IMG/VR virus record: IMGVR_UViG_3300037311_000222
Span: 5,894-69,893 of that record
Origin: a virus
Lineage: Duplodnaviria > Caudoviricetes
Length of the DNA stretch: 64,000 nucleotides
Reading direction: 5' to 3' (one strand)
The notes beneath the pieces were generated by a model, which saw only the letters and a program-made list of their open reading frames with translations, searched no databases and had not been told where the DNA came from. The position numbers were made by a program, and so were the translations under genes. Each line of letters starts with the position of its first letter. Position 1 is the first letter of the stretch. Positions 35,401-45,040 of this stretch are shown here, one piece after another.

Positions 35401-36752
35401 CTCAAGTAGGACAGTCTGAAATAACTCAGTTTGACTTTACTTCTTACAGCGGTGCGTTGCCTAACGCTTTACAGGGTAAGTATTTTACGTTTTTTTCTGC
35501 TTCTGACGCCGTTAAATATGTAGTTTTTTTTGATGCAAACAATACTCTACCAACTCTTGATACGAGTGTTAACATTGACGCAGCCGGAGCCTTCCAGATA
35601 AGAGTGGATGTAAGCGCAGTAACTACGTTAGCTCAATTAGCAGACTTAGTTCAAAATACTATAAAATCTAGAACTTTAGAGTTTAGCGTAAATTATCCAC
35701 CACTTGCTACTAGTTTCAGTATTAAAACTGTTAGGAGCGGAGTAACTAGTAACGCCCAAGATGGGGTACTAAATCCCGTTTCAAATGGGTTTGTTATTAA
35801 TATTCTTCAACCGGGATTTGGTGACTATTTTTCGGTTCTTTCTGCCTCAGCTGGAGACAGTCTAAAAAATAAACTTGACGATTTAGCGTTAAAATTAGAC
35901 GCAGACCCCGGTGTAGCGTTTACTGATTATTTTACTGCTATAGGCTCTTATTCTGGGGTTAGTGCCTCTACGATCCCCGGTCTGTCAACAAGCATAACTA
36001 TTCCTGGACACAGTTTGGAATCAGGAAGAATTATAAATATATCCAATAGCACCACTGTTCCTAATATAGACGGTGCGTATGAGTTAACTAAGGTTGACGT
36101 CAATACCATCAGTATTCCTGTAACAACTACCGGAGCTGGCGTGGTTAATTGGTCGGTAAATACTTTAACTTTTCGGGATTACCAGGGTATGTTTAATGCT
36201 GTAGTAACTAAGCTAAACGCTGACACCGGAGTGTTGTTTTCTAGTTACGCCAAATCTGAGGGTACTTCAGTGTACGAGGGACTTGTTCTGTCTAAGATTA
36301 ATAACACTAGCAAAGTAGTTCTTCAGTATGAACTTCCTTTTATAGTCGGTCCTGTAACTTCTTTTAGAGGAATTAAAACTTTAGTTGTTTATGCTCCTGA
36401 CCCTGTAGGTGACCCTTCTATAAAAAAACAAATTAGAGAAGGTACTTTTATTTTTGAAAACACAAATTTTAACACTGCTACAGTGAGTTACAAAACCGAT
36501 TTAAGTCCTGGCTTTGAAGACATTTTTTTTAATCGTTCTGGTAATGGCGACTTTGGAGGCTTTACTTGGGGAGAACAAAATTGGGGTGGCGGGTTTAGTG
36601 GAGTTCCTTTACGCACATATGTACCAGCTGCCAAACAAAGATGTCGTTATATTCAAGCTAAGTTTGTTCACTCAAATGCCAGAGAAAAATGGGCTATTTA
36701 CGGTATAAGCTACACCTTTAGAGCTATTTCAGAGAAAGCATATAGAGACTAA
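32442..36752 (+). CDS. putative tail nozzle / tubular protein B-like (1436 aa)
   Basis: Propeller-like segments (NRIYFAK, RILALRESLFVLKRDGVYRL, QIFCLTNQGVV), C-terminal RCRYIQAKF...WAIYG; precedes ejection-type genes. Confidence 0.55.
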   Translation: MQKVLLRHKGLFTDPNQLSAIPEGALTEAQNVVIDREDIVEPRRGFKQFGNTFGIGTDRAKQLLTYKDRVLVHYTNKLLFNSNPHTSSAEGNFLQFDGNYSELEAGRRIRSIESNKNLYLTTNTGIKKISAKTAADFTTSAGFIVDAGVPEALDLTGELDFTVDGFLPPNSKVAYRVLFGYKDNNNNVILGAPSSRIVLTNFSSDSANVNLQFIIPQTITSTYFYQVYRTPVFTATAGTTLDLIDPGDDMNLVMEDFPTAVELTNKLVSLTEITPEDFRANGLPLYTSPNVGDGISSSNTPPPKAKDVTLFQSTAFYSNTETSAQTTLSLLSVANLISGMSSITIQGTTPQTYTFFGTKELSRFNFTGYTGTIPSALNGKYFLFNSSSNKRKYYAWFDTTKTTQTITFTNYVGVIPGDLDGRYFILNTPSKRKYYVWYDATGTTQDPIFNPENTNLSGLLGIKIDIFSGVTTKIQLASATSLGITTNNVFNDFDINYTAGDDFLTVDTESFDVADLSLFENIQKGFLFTINTPTDLNPSNDLLVHTDVVGRAGFKVNISRGVTTLPQLAEKTANSINDQDEAFDFNVLYTSGNLFFELENNNNGKTDDAVDSLIDGVGLGFVVSVINQGNGEDATLKQALLSAAPSPAQQIDETARSLVNVINKNPLESVYAFYISGPTDLPGQIVFKARTINVPSFSLIANSGATGESFNPSLPPAVGANPVVANTEIKPNRIYFAKLQQPESVPALNFIDIGPEDKEISRILALRESLFVLKRDGVYRLTGFNGQFTVDLFDGSTKILSPDSAVVLNNQIFCLTNQGVVQISDTGVRVISDPIDTVITTLTSSSFNFRFTTFGVSYETDRAYVLWTIKNTTDNVATQAFRYNTKTETWTIYCTDSKTCGLVNDLDDRLYLGAGDINFVEQERKMFNRTDAADREYSVSIPELSVVNEEITLSSSQNVQVGDALLQTQYLTISQYNQLLKKIDLDPQVGQSEITQFDFTSYSGALPNALQGKYFTFFSASDAVKYVVFFDANNTLPTLDTSVNIDAAGAFQIRVDVSAVTTLAQLADLVQNTIKSRTLEFSVNYPPLATSFSIKTVRSGVTSNAQDGVLNPVSNGFVINILQPGFGDYFSVLSASAGDSLKNKLDDLALKLDADPGVAFTDYFTAIGSYSGVSASTIPGLSTSITIPGHSLESGRIINISNSTTVPNIDGAYELTKVDVNTISIPVTTTGAGVVNWSVNTLTFRDYQGMFNAVVTKLNADTGVLFSSYAKSEGTSVYEGLVLSKINNTSKVVLQYELPFIVGPVTSFRGIKTLVVYAPDPVGDPSIKKQIREGTFIFENTNFNTATVSYKTDLSPGFEDIFFNRSGNGDFGGFTWGEQNWGGGFSGVPLRTYVPAAKQRCRYIQAKFVHSNAREKWAIYGISYTFRAISEKAYRD

Positions 36753-37147
36753 TGGCCACAAAAAAACTTGATCTTAAAAGATTAACAAAAGAAGACTTTC
36801 CTAGTAAATACTTTGACTTACTAGACCGTCTTATATTTCCTTTAAACTCGCACATGGAACAGGTTAGGAACATTTTAAACTTCGATAATAAAGAGTTTAC
36901 AACCCTTTCTATTGCGACCAACAACTCGGGCCAGCCCGTTAGCCCAGTTAAGTTTAACAGCTCTTTAAACGAGCGTATAAGAGGTTTAATGGTGGCTTCG
37001 GCTAAAGTTACTTCTGACAATACATCTTTTCTCACTCAGGCTCCTTTTATTACATTCTCTCAAAATGAAAGTGTAGTAACCATTAATTACATTGCCGGTC
37101 TTCAGCCGAATAAACGCTACGAATTGACTTTGTTTTCAGTAATTTAA
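36752..37147 (+). CDS. hypothetical tail protein
   Basis: Coupled to nozzle gene. Confidence 0.65.
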   Translation: MATKKLDLKRLTKEDFPSKYFDLLDRLIFPLNSHMEQVRNILNFDNKEFTTLSIATNNSGQPVSPVKFNSSLNERIRGLMVASAKVTSDNTSFLTQAPFITFSQNESVVTINYIAGLQPNKRYELTLFSVI

Positions 37148-37160
37148 CAAATATAGATAG
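37144..37160 (+). promoter_or_regulatory. putative phage late promoter motif, copy 6
   Basis: TTAACAAATATAGATAG upstream of ejection-protein genes. Confidence 0.7.
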
Positions 37161-37166
37161 GTAAAA

Positions 37167-38924
37167 ATGGCCGTAGTTTACAATCAAAACGAACAAGATA
37201 AAGACCAAGAAAATAAATCTATGGTGTCTGGAGGGGGTAGCGCACCTCAGAGTAGTGCTACGCCTCAACAAAATGCTCCTAATCAGCCTCAAAGACAAGG
37301 TAGCGGTAGATTTACCAACATTCAAAAATATCTATCGTCTAATCAAAACGCTGGTCAACAGCTTGCTGGCTCCATTGGTAGTCGTTTTAGTAAACAAAAT
37401 GAACCTTTAAAGCAAAAACAAGAAGACCAAATGACTCAGCTTAACCAAGGTATTCAACAAGGTCGTCAAGCTATTCAGCAGGGTCAAGGCTTTAATCAAA
37501 ATCTTCGTCAGATTGGACAAGATATACAATCTCGTTTTGGTGGGGAAAACTATCAACCCAATCAAAACATTGCATCTATTAATAGTTTTACACAATCTCC
37601 AGATTTTAATCGCTTTCAACAAATTCAAGCCGGTCAAGGCGTAGATGAGAATTTACTTAATCTTAGACAGCAAACTGCTCAGTCCGCTAATAAAGCTATT
37701 ATAGATCAAAATCAACAAAACGTAAACATGTTAGGTAGCGAACAAGGTAGGAGCGATTTACTTCGTAAAAACTTTACTGCTAATCCTATGTACACTCAAG
37801 GTCAAAACAGACTTGATACTTTGTTTTTAACAAGAGGCGGTCTAAATCCACTACGTCAACAGTTAAATACTGAGCTTCAGTCTCGTAGAGCAGTAGATCA
37901 GACCTTGCAAGGAACTTTAGCCGATGTGAACACATTGCGTTCTCAAGAACAAGGTATTGTCCAGGATATTGATAGCGCGTCTAAAGCTAACGAACAGGCT
38001 TATCTGGACATGCTTTCTAGTTATGTTCCTAAAATTAATGAACTTCGAGATAAAGAGTTTACGGACTTGGGTTCTCGTTATGGAGCCATGAAAACAAACA
38101 ACCTTAAAGCTGGTGGCTTACTTGACCCCTCTGGTCCATTAGATAAAGACGGCAACCCTATTCTCCAAAAAGCTACTACAGATGGTGGTGTTCAGCGTTT
38201 GACGGCTGCAGATTTAAAAAAATTAGGTTTACAGCGCAATATGCAAACATTTAACGTTTTTGACGAAACTAGTTTAGACGATGTAGCTTTACGCGGTAGA
38301 CAAGCTCAAGGGTTCCAAGACGTGGCCTCTGAGGGTAATGTTGCCCAGTATGGTGCCTTAGCGCGTATAGCGGGCTTAGACCCCTCAGCTAAACGTTTAA
38401 CACAAGCTTCGACTTTAGAAGACACTGTGCAAGCTCGTCAAGGTGAATCTAACTTACAAAATCGTTTAGAAGCTGCGTCTCGTAACTTTGACGCTTTTGC
38501 TGCTGGTAGAGACTATAAAGAACATTTCCAACCTAGCGGAAAAACGTGGGCAGAAACACAGGGTAATTTGCAGGATGTTTTAGCTGGTAAGAATTTATTA
38601 AGTGCAAATCGTAGGTTTTCAGGTCAAGTACCATTACAGGCACAATCCGTTTATAATAGAGTTTTGCAAGATTTAAAAGATCAAGGGTTTAATCGAGTAT
38701 TAACGACTGAGGGCGACATAGAAGATATTTTATCAAACGTCACTCCTACATCTCAGCGTGTTTTTACTAGAAATGCTCAAGATTTTAATAATAACACCGG
38801 TCTTACTAATTTAGATGCTCAGGTATTAAGAAGAAATCAGGCTAATAGACTTTCGGCAAGTAACACTGATTTAGACGAAGTTGTTAAACAAAGATTAGAA
38901 AATTTAGGCATAAAGAGGAGTTAA
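37167..38924 (+). CDS. putative internal virion / DNA ejection protein
   Basis: Q/N-rich helical protein in podovirus ejectosome position. Confidence 0.55.
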   Translation: MAVVYNQNEQDKDQENKSMVSGGGSAPQSSATPQQNAPNQPQRQGSGRFTNIQKYLSSNQNAGQQLAGSIGSRFSKQNEPLKQKQEDQMTQLNQGIQQGRQAIQQGQGFNQNLRQIGQDIQSRFGGENYQPNQNIASINSFTQSPDFNRFQQIQAGQGVDENLLNLRQQTAQSANKAIIDQNQQNVNMLGSEQGRSDLLRKNFTANPMYTQGQNRLDTLFLTRGGLNPLRQQLNTELQSRRAVDQTLQGTLADVNTLRSQEQGIVQDIDSASKANEQAYLDMLSSYVPKINELRDKEFTDLGSRYGAMKTNNLKAGGLLDPSGPLDKDGNPILQKATTDGGVQRLTAADLKKLGLQRNMQTFNVFDETSLDDVALRGRQAQGFQDVASEGNVAQYGALARIAGLDPSAKRLTQASTLEDTVQARQGESNLQNRLEAASRNFDAFAAGRDYKEHFQPSGKTWAETQGNLQDVLAGKNLLSANRRFSGQVPLQAQSVYNRVLQDLKDQGFNRVLTTEGDIEDILSNVTPTSQRVFTRNAQDFNNNTGLTNLDAQVLRRNQANRLSASNTDLDEVVKQRLENLGIKRS

Positions 38925-38925
38925 T

Positions 38926-40011
38926 ATGGTAGATCCCATAACCGGTTCGCTTTTAATTGGCGCAGGGTCAAATTTATTAGGCGGAGTGTTAGGCTCACGT
39001 TCAGCAAAAAAAGGAGCTAAAACTCAAGCTGCCGCAGCTGCCGAAGTAAAAGCATTGTATGATCAGTTAAAAATTCCTACTATTGCCGATCAAAGCGTTC
39101 AGTTAGAGGAAGGTCAAGTTTTAGCTGATTATAATCCAGAATTAGAGCAACTTTTAAATTTACAACCATCTGAATATGAAAATATTGAAACTTCTCCCGA
39201 ATATAAAGAATTACAACTACAAACTTTGCGTAAAATGGCGGGCGTGGGAGAAGATGGTTTAGATGAGGGTGATGAGGCTGCGTTTCGTGAAGCTCAACGA
39301 GCTGTAGCTAACGAAGCGCAAGCTCAACAAGCTTCTATTTTAAACAACATGGCTCAACGTGGTACATTGGGTGGCGGCATGGAGCTTGCTGCTCGTTTAC
39401 AAGGTGCTCAAGACTCCGCTAATAGACTTTCCTCAGCTGGTGATAAACTCACACAAGATGCTAGAGCCAGAGCTTTACAAGCTTTAACACAAACAGGTAG
39501 CATGGCAGGAAATCTTCGTTCTCAGGATTTTGAAGAACAAGAAAAAGTAGCTAGAGCTAAAGACGCTATCAACGAGTTTAACGTAAGAAACCAACAACAA
39601 CTTCAAGGTAGAAACATTAGCGAACAAAATAGAGCACTGCTTGCTAACATGCAAGCTCGTCAAGCTATGGCTGACTCTAACAGAATGTTGCGTAATCAAG
39701 AACAGCAATATAATAAACAACTTCAACAGCAAGATTTTGAAAATCAAATGAGAAAAATTCAAGGTCGTTCTGGCGCAGCAACTGGAGTAGGAAACGCTCA
39801 AGCTAACATCCAAAATGCCAATGCGCAAATGTTTGCCGGTATTGGTAGCGCTCTAGGCGGTGCTGCAACTGCTTATGGTGCTGCTGCGCAACAAAAAGCA
39901 AATGCTCAAGCTAACCGAGAAAGCGCTGAGCGAATGGCTTTACTTGGTGGTAGTAATCGCAACACCGAATACAATCGCAGACTACAAAATTTCGACCCTA
40001 ATGAGGCTTAA
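38926..40011 (+). CDS. putative DNA pilot / ejection protein
   Basis: MVDPITGSLLIGAGSNLLGGVLGS N-terminus, A/Q-rich coiled coil, G/A-rich C-terminus. Confidence 0.6.
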   Translation: MVDPITGSLLIGAGSNLLGGVLGSRSAKKGAKTQAAAAAEVKALYDQLKIPTIADQSVQLEEGQVLADYNPELEQLLNLQPSEYENIETSPEYKELQLQTLRKMAGVGEDGLDEGDEAAFREAQRAVANEAQAQQASILNNMAQRGTLGGGMELAARLQGAQDSANRLSSAGDKLTQDARARALQALTQTGSMAGNLRSQDFEEQEKVARAKDAINEFNVRNQQQLQGRNISEQNRALLANMQARQAMADSNRMLRNQEQQYNKQLQQQDFENQMRKIQGRSGAATGVGNAQANIQNANAQMFAGIGSALGGAATAYGAAAQQKANAQANRESAERMALLGGSNRNTEYNRRLQNFDPNEA

Positions 40012-40013
40012 TC

Positions 40014-41267
40014 ATGAAAAACATGTATAATGAAGAGCAAGAAGAGATACGGGGGGTTGTTGATCCCGAAACGGTGCAAGAGGAGGCCGTAGGACAAGAG
40101 CTTGCTAGTGAGCTGTCTCAGTTGCCCGATGAGGAGGTGGCGCCCTTACCGATCACTAGAGTGCCCGCTCTTATACCAGATATACAACAAAACGAGTTAC
40201 AAGATGCTCAAGATCAAAGAAATAAGCTTCAACAATTTGGAATGTTAATGAAGGCATTCCAAGGTTTTTCTAATATTCCTAGAAAGATGATTGACCCTAA
40301 CGCTAAAGCTGATACTTCGATTCAAGATGATGTTATTAAACTAGCGGAACAACCGGTAAACGATGTTACCAACAGACGTAGCATTGCCGCTTTAGACCAG
40401 CGTTTGTCTTCTTTGAACATTGATTTACAAAATAAAATGCTTGATAATGAACCAACAAGTGACCAGTCTCGTAGTTATCAAGAATTAATGTCTAAAATGA
40501 TTCCTTCTTTTGATAAAGAACGCTTAGCTAACATGTCAGCTAGACAAATAGAAGCAGTTATGGGTCCTATTGCCAGATGGCAACAGTTTAAGGATATGGC
40601 GAGCGCAAGAAGTGAACAGCTAAGAGATTTAAGAGAAGACAGAAAAGCTAAACAAGAAGACAGGGACTTAGATAGACAATTGAAAGAAGAAGCTTTAAAA
40701 GTTCGTAGCGAAGAAAAAACAAAACAACAAGTAGCCTTAAAAGAAGCTCAAGCAAAGGCAAATAAAGCTTACGAAGTTGGTTTATTGTCTGAAAAACAAT
40801 ATCTAGACGCTATTGCTAACCCCAAAAAATACGATCCCACTAGCGTAATTGACGTTTTTTCTTCTAAAATGGCGGATAATCCTTTAACCCGAGGATATGT
40901 TTCTCCTGAAAGAAAACAAGCCGAAGCTGCTTCAGACTCTTGGGTTGATAGTTTTTTACGTTTAGATTCGGGAGCAGCGATTGGGGTAGACGAGCGTTCT
41001 GAGTTTAAACGTATCTATTTCCCTCAGCCTGGAGATGACACAACTACTGTATCCAATAAGGCTAAGCTTCGGCAAGCAATTAAAAACGCCGCTAAATCTT
41101 CTAGCGGGAAGTTTGTAACGGTGAGCGAAGCTAAGGCGCTGGCTGGCGCGGGCGGAGAAACAAGTTCAGAAAAATCCGTAGTTAAAAAAATGTATTCTCC
41201 TTCTGCTAATAAAACTAAAATGATATATTCTGACGGTTCTGAGGAAGTTGTAGATGGAAAACAATAA
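40014..41267 (+). CDS. putative internal virion / ejection protein
   Basis: Helical, charged; position. Confidence 0.5.
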   Translation: MKNMYNEEQEEIRGVVDPETVQEEAVGQELASELSQLPDEEVAPLPITRVPALIPDIQQNELQDAQDQRNKLQQFGMLMKAFQGFSNIPRKMIDPNAKADTSIQDDVIKLAEQPVNDVTNRRSIAALDQRLSSLNIDLQNKMLDNEPTSDQSRSYQELMSKMIPSFDKERLANMSARQIEAVMGPIARWQQFKDMASARSEQLRDLREDRKAKQEDRDLDRQLKEEALKVRSEEKTKQQVALKEAQAKANKAYEVGLLSEKQYLDAIANPKKYDPTSVIDVFSSKMADNPLTRGYVSPERKQAEAASDSWVDSFLRLDSGAAIGVDERSEFKRIYFPQPGDDTTTVSNKAKLRQAIKNAAKSSSGKFVTVSEAKALAGAGGETSSEKSVVKKMYSPSANKTKMIYSDGSEEVVDGKQ

Positions 41268-43398
41268 TATAAACGACTGGGAAGAAGTAGCTATTGATGA
41301 TTTTCAAGAAGTTCCTCTAGAGAACAGAGAAACGTCTTCAGAAAAAAAAGATTTGTCTAATTTAGATGTAGCTGGGCTTGCTGCTTTGCAGTCTTTATCT
41401 TTTGGCGGAGCTGACGAAATTAAGGCCGCAATTGAGGCTCCTTTTTCAGATAAAACATATGAACAAATAAGAGACGAAGAAAGAGAATTAGTTAAGCAAG
41501 CCGAAGAGTCTAATCCCGGTTTATACAATACTATGAGTTTTGGCGCTGGTGTAATTCCTGCAATTGCTTCTGGAGGGCTTGGTTTAGTAAAGAGCGCGGC
41601 TAGTGCAGCTAAAGCGGTTCCTTCTTTAGCTAAAATTGCAGGTCTTGGAGCAGCTCAAGGTGCTGCTCAAGGTTTAGGTAGTTCGGAAGTTGATAATATT
41701 TCCGATTTAGGAGTTGATGTAGCCAGTGGAGCGGGGTTGGGTGCTACAGTCGGGGGAGCTATCGGAGCCGGGGTTAGAGGAGTGAGTTCACTTGCTTCTA
41801 CGGTTTTACCTAAAGCAAAAGACTTTGCTTATGATATTCCATTAGTTAAACCTTTCTTGCGTTCAAGAAAATTAAAGAAAGAAGGCATTGATGTTGCTTC
41901 AGATCGAGCAGGCCAACGTATTATAAAAGATTCCGAAAAGCTTGCTAAGGATATGCAGCAAACACTAGAAAATATATATAAATCTTCTAGTAAAGGTGTT
42001 GGGAAAATATTAAAAAGAAGCAGCGACCAAGGCTTAGAAGCAGACATAAGTCAAGACCTTGCGCGTATGCAAAAGTCTATACAAAACACTAATCCCGCCA
42101 CTGCTGAAGGAAAAGCAAGTCTTCAAGAGCTTCAGAGTATCATCGATAAATATAAACAAAATAAAACGTTACTAAAGAAACCAGGTACTTTGGTTAAGAC
42201 AGGCGAAGAGAAAGCTTTAGAGAAACTATTGAACAAACAAAATAAACTGTCCGAGCAAGCTAAACTTGTTAACGAACCGGTTAATTTCACTGAGCCTGAA
42301 ATTTCTGAAAATTTTGTTAAATCGCTCGAAACAAGACAAGGTAAAACCTTCGTTGAGCCCATTACAAGTGGTGAATTTAATCCCATTAAAATTGTCAACG
42401 AACCTGAAATTATTGCAAATTTAAACGCTCAGGAGCTTCAGACTTTAAAAAGACAAATAGGGGACATTTCTGCTAAACAGGATATTGGAGACATCGCGTC
42501 TAAGCGTATTCAACAATCTAAGGAGATGGTAGACAAAGCGTTAAAAGAAAGAGCTATTGCTCCTGAGTTAGTACCAGCGCTAGAGCGAGTAAACACTCAG
42601 TTGGGTGCTACTAAAGATGTTAGCGGGTTAGTTAATAAAGATTTACTAACGTATATGAATCCTACAGAAAAGCAAGCTGCTATAAATGACCTATCTAAAT
42701 TCTTAAGAAAACCCGCTGTTGGGTCAAGTGGCGATGATTTAGCACAGAAAAAAGAGTTATTTTACAACACTTTGAAAAAAACAATGCCAAATGAGTCAGC
42801 CGAAAACCTTAAACAGCTTAGCGATGAGCTAGCAGAACAATATGAATATAACGTTGCTAGTCGAAATATTTTTGGCGGTATTAGCTTTAAAGACCCTTTA
42901 AGTCTTCTTGGTACTGGTAAGGGTTTAGCAGTACGAGGCGGTCAAACCGTAGGCGCTTTAGAGAACGTCGCTTCTAAGGTGAGCGAAGCTGTGCAATTGG
43001 ATCGTACAGCTGCTCGAGCATTAGCTAAGCAAGCTCCAAAACCGCTACAGGATGTATTAAAACAATATGACGCAGCTCGTTTACAGAACATGTCTTTAAA
43101 CACAGCTTTGCGTAAACCTACTGAGAACGTCGTAGAATCGCGTAATGACCGTCGTCAAGAGTTTATAACTGAAGGTACTAAGTCTTTAAATAAAGCTGAT
43201 GCAAGCGATTTGCAAGCGTTCAGCAACGATTTAGTTAATAGTGGAGCATTGGGCGCAGAGAAGTACGCTAATACTCTTAAAAAACTATCAGAACTGGAAA
43301 CTAAAAACAGAGCCCCATTGACCTTTAGTTTAATGAGTGACCCTAATTTTAGACAATTATACAAAAACAGATTTAAGACAGCACCATCTGAGGAATAA
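41254..43398 (+). CDS. putative large ejection protein
   Basis: LQSLSFGGADEIKA motif and G/A-rich membrane-inserting segment typical of such proteins. Confidence 0.55.
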   Translation: MENNNINDWEEVAIDDFQEVPLENRETSSEKKDLSNLDVAGLAALQSLSFGGADEIKAAIEAPFSDKTYEQIRDEERELVKQAEESNPGLYNTMSFGAGVIPAIASGGLGLVKSAASAAKAVPSLAKIAGLGAAQGAAQGLGSSEVDNISDLGVDVASGAGLGATVGGAIGAGVRGVSSLASTVLPKAKDFAYDIPLVKPFLRSRKLKKEGIDVASDRAGQRIIKDSEKLAKDMQQTLENIYKSSSKGVGKILKRSSDQGLEADISQDLARMQKSIQNTNPATAEGKASLQELQSIIDKYKQNKTLLKKPGTLVKTGEEKALEKLLNKQNKLSEQAKLVNEPVNFTEPEISENFVKSLETRQGKTFVEPITSGEFNPIKIVNEPEIIANLNAQELQTLKRQIGDISAKQDIGDIASKRIQQSKEMVDKALKERAIAPELVPALERVNTQLGATKDVSGLVNKDLLTYMNPTEKQAAINDLSKFLRKPAVGSSGDDLAQKKELFYNTLKKTMPNESAENLKQLSDELAEQYEYNVASRNIFGGISFKDPLSLLGTGKGLAVRGGQTVGALENVASKVSEAVQLDRTAARALAKQAPKPLQDVLKQYDAARLQNMSLNTALRKPTENVVESRNDRRQEFITEGTKSLNKADASDLQAFSNDLVNSGALGAEKYANTLKKLSELETKNRAPLTFSLMSDPNFRQLYKNRFKTAPSEE

Positions 43399-43400
43399 TT

Positions 43401-43679
43401 ATGTCAAAACCATTAGAAAGAAAGATAGACGCTTTTATTAAACAAACTGACGAAAGACTTGATAATATTGAGCAAGTGTTGATAAAACAAGAGATAAATC
43501 TCAGTATGCACATGAAAAGATCTGAACATCTTGAGACTATTATGGAACACATTCAAAAAGAAGAGTTAAACCCTATTAAAAAACACATTCACATGATTGA
43601 GGGCGGATTGAAAGTGTTAGGCGGTTTAAGTATTATATCTGGGTTTCTAGCGTTGGTTCTGAAGCTTTTTAGCGTCTAA
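43401..43679 (+). CDS. coiled-coil protein with C-terminal TM (holin-like candidate)
   Basis: Last late gene; ends GLKVLGGLSIISGFLALVLKLFSV. Confidence 0.5.
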   Translation: MSKPLERKIDAFIKQTDERLDNIEQVLIKQEINLSMHMKRSEHLETIMEHIQKEELNPIKKHIHMIEGGLKVLGGLSIISGFLALVLKLFSV

Positions 43680-44054
43680 ATACTCAACCATTGCTTCTTC
43701 AAGTTCGTTTGGATTGTGAACTTCTTGTGTGCTTTCTTTATATTTTAACAAAGTCGCTGACCCTGTCATTAACAATTTTTTGTCTTTTCTTGCAATGCTC
43801 TGTTGACATCGATTTCTTGCGTTATTTCTATCAAATATTTTTTTCTTAGCTTTTTTGGACTTATTAAACGTTTTTTCGCCAGAATTAAAAGTTGCGTTAT
43901 TCTCTTCCTCAGTAAAATCATTTAACCATTTAAGTTCTTTTTCTGACAGTTTATCTAAATAATCATAATCTAAATATTCTTGTCTAATTCTAGTGTTAAC
44001 TCTGCTCGTTAGAGCCGGGTACTTCATTGATGATCTTAATGTTTTCTTTTTCAT
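43647..44054 (-). CDS. hypothetical basic protein
   Basis: Terminal gene of long minus-strand operon. Confidence 0.65.
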   Translation of the reverse strand: MKKKTLRSSMKYPALTSRVNTRIRQEYLDYDYLDKLSEKELKWLNDFTEEENNATFNSGEKTFNKSKKAKKKIFDRNNARNRCQQSIARKDKKLLMTGSATLLKYKESTQEVHNPNELEEAMVEYLDAKKLQNQR

Positions 44055-44406
44055 AGATGTTTCTTACAAAGATGTTTGCCTTCATTATTGTTATCGGGTT
44101 AAAGTCTATGTTTAATTTTTTTTTGTTTAAATACAAAATACTTCCCATTTTACTGTTTTTATATTTAAACTTACTCTTGAGTAATTTAGCTAAAATACGG
44201 TGATGTAACTTAGAGCTACGTTGCCAATTGTAATAGTGATAATATAACAAGTTTAAACTAACGGTGTCGTGACCTTTAAAGAGATTAAACTCATCACAAA
44301 ATCTGTCAAGTTCTTTAACGTTTAGCTCAGTCTTAGTAACTGTTTTTATTTCAGCTACACTAAGTAGTTCTTCAATCGTTAAGTTTTGACGCGCCATATA
44401 CGGCAA
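43996..44406 (-). CDS. hypothetical, possible winged-helix DNA-binding protein
   Basis: FCDEF...LLYYHYYNW...LLKSKF resembles C-terminal winged helix of primase/helicases (weak). Confidence 0.5.
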   Translation of the reverse strand: MPYMARQNLTIEELLSVAEIKTVTKTELNVKELDRFCDEFNLFKGHDTVSLNLLYYHYYNWQRSSKLHHRILAKLLKSKFKYKNSKMGSILYLNKKKLNIDFNPITIMKANIFVRNIYEKENIKIINEVPGSNEQS

Positions 44407-44809
44407 CCGATGTTGCTAAAATACCCAAACCAAAGTACATAGTTTTTTGCCAAAAATCTTCATTCTCTTTTTTATTAAGCTGCGTAGCTAAAGTCAAAGA
44501 TTGGTCTTGATATAGCTTTAAGCGCTCGTCAAGAATTTTAATTTCTGAATTAGTCAATTCACTACGCTTATGTAATAGTTCAGATAACTCTTTGTAGTGT
44601 TTAGCGTCATCGTAAGCTTGAGATGCTTTTTTTTCAGCTTCTGGGCTAAATAAAAATCCGCTACACTCAGCTTTCTGTCCTTCTTGAAGAAGCTTTACCG
44701 CTTCTTTGCATTCTGTAGCAAAAACAACTTGATTAAAGAATAGAGTAAATAGTAGTAAATATTTCACGTTAATTCCAACGTTTATTAGCTTTAGACGCAC
44801 GCTCTTCAA
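44372..44809 (-). CDS. exported coiled-coil protein with C-terminal TM (spanin-like candidate)
   Basis: Signal peptide MKYLLLFTLFF...FA|, Cys pair, C-terminal hydrophobic helix. Confidence 0.55.
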   Translation of the reverse strand: MKSVRLKLINVGINVKYLLLFTLFFNQVVFATECKEAVKLLQEGQKAECSGFLFSPEAEKKASQAYDDAKHYKELSELLHKRSELTNSEIKILDERLKLYQDQSLTLATQLNKKENEDFWQKTMYFGLGILATSVAVYGASKLND

Positions 44810-45038
44810 GAGTTAAATCGTCAGTTTCCGCTAGTTGACGCTTTCTTTCTTCTGTGATAGCTTTGAGTTTTTCGTCAACCTTATTAATTTCGGCTTCAAT
44901 GTTAAGTTGGTCTCGTTCAAGAATAATGTCTTTACCTTTAGTTTCGGCTAACTTGACATTTACTTCGGCGTCTTTCCGTTTATTTAACTGATAAAATCCA
45001 AATCCCAATAGTCCTAAAATCAATGCTACAATTTCCAT
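44769..45038 (-). CDS. N-terminal TM plus coiled coil (i-spanin-like candidate)
   Basis: MEIVALILGLLGFGFY then charged helix. Confidence 0.55.
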   Translation of the reverse strand: MEIVALILGLLGFGFYQLNKRKDAEVNVKLAETKGKDIILERDQLNIEAEINKVDEKLKAITEERKRQLAETDDLTLEERASKANKRWN

Positions 45039-45040
45039 AA

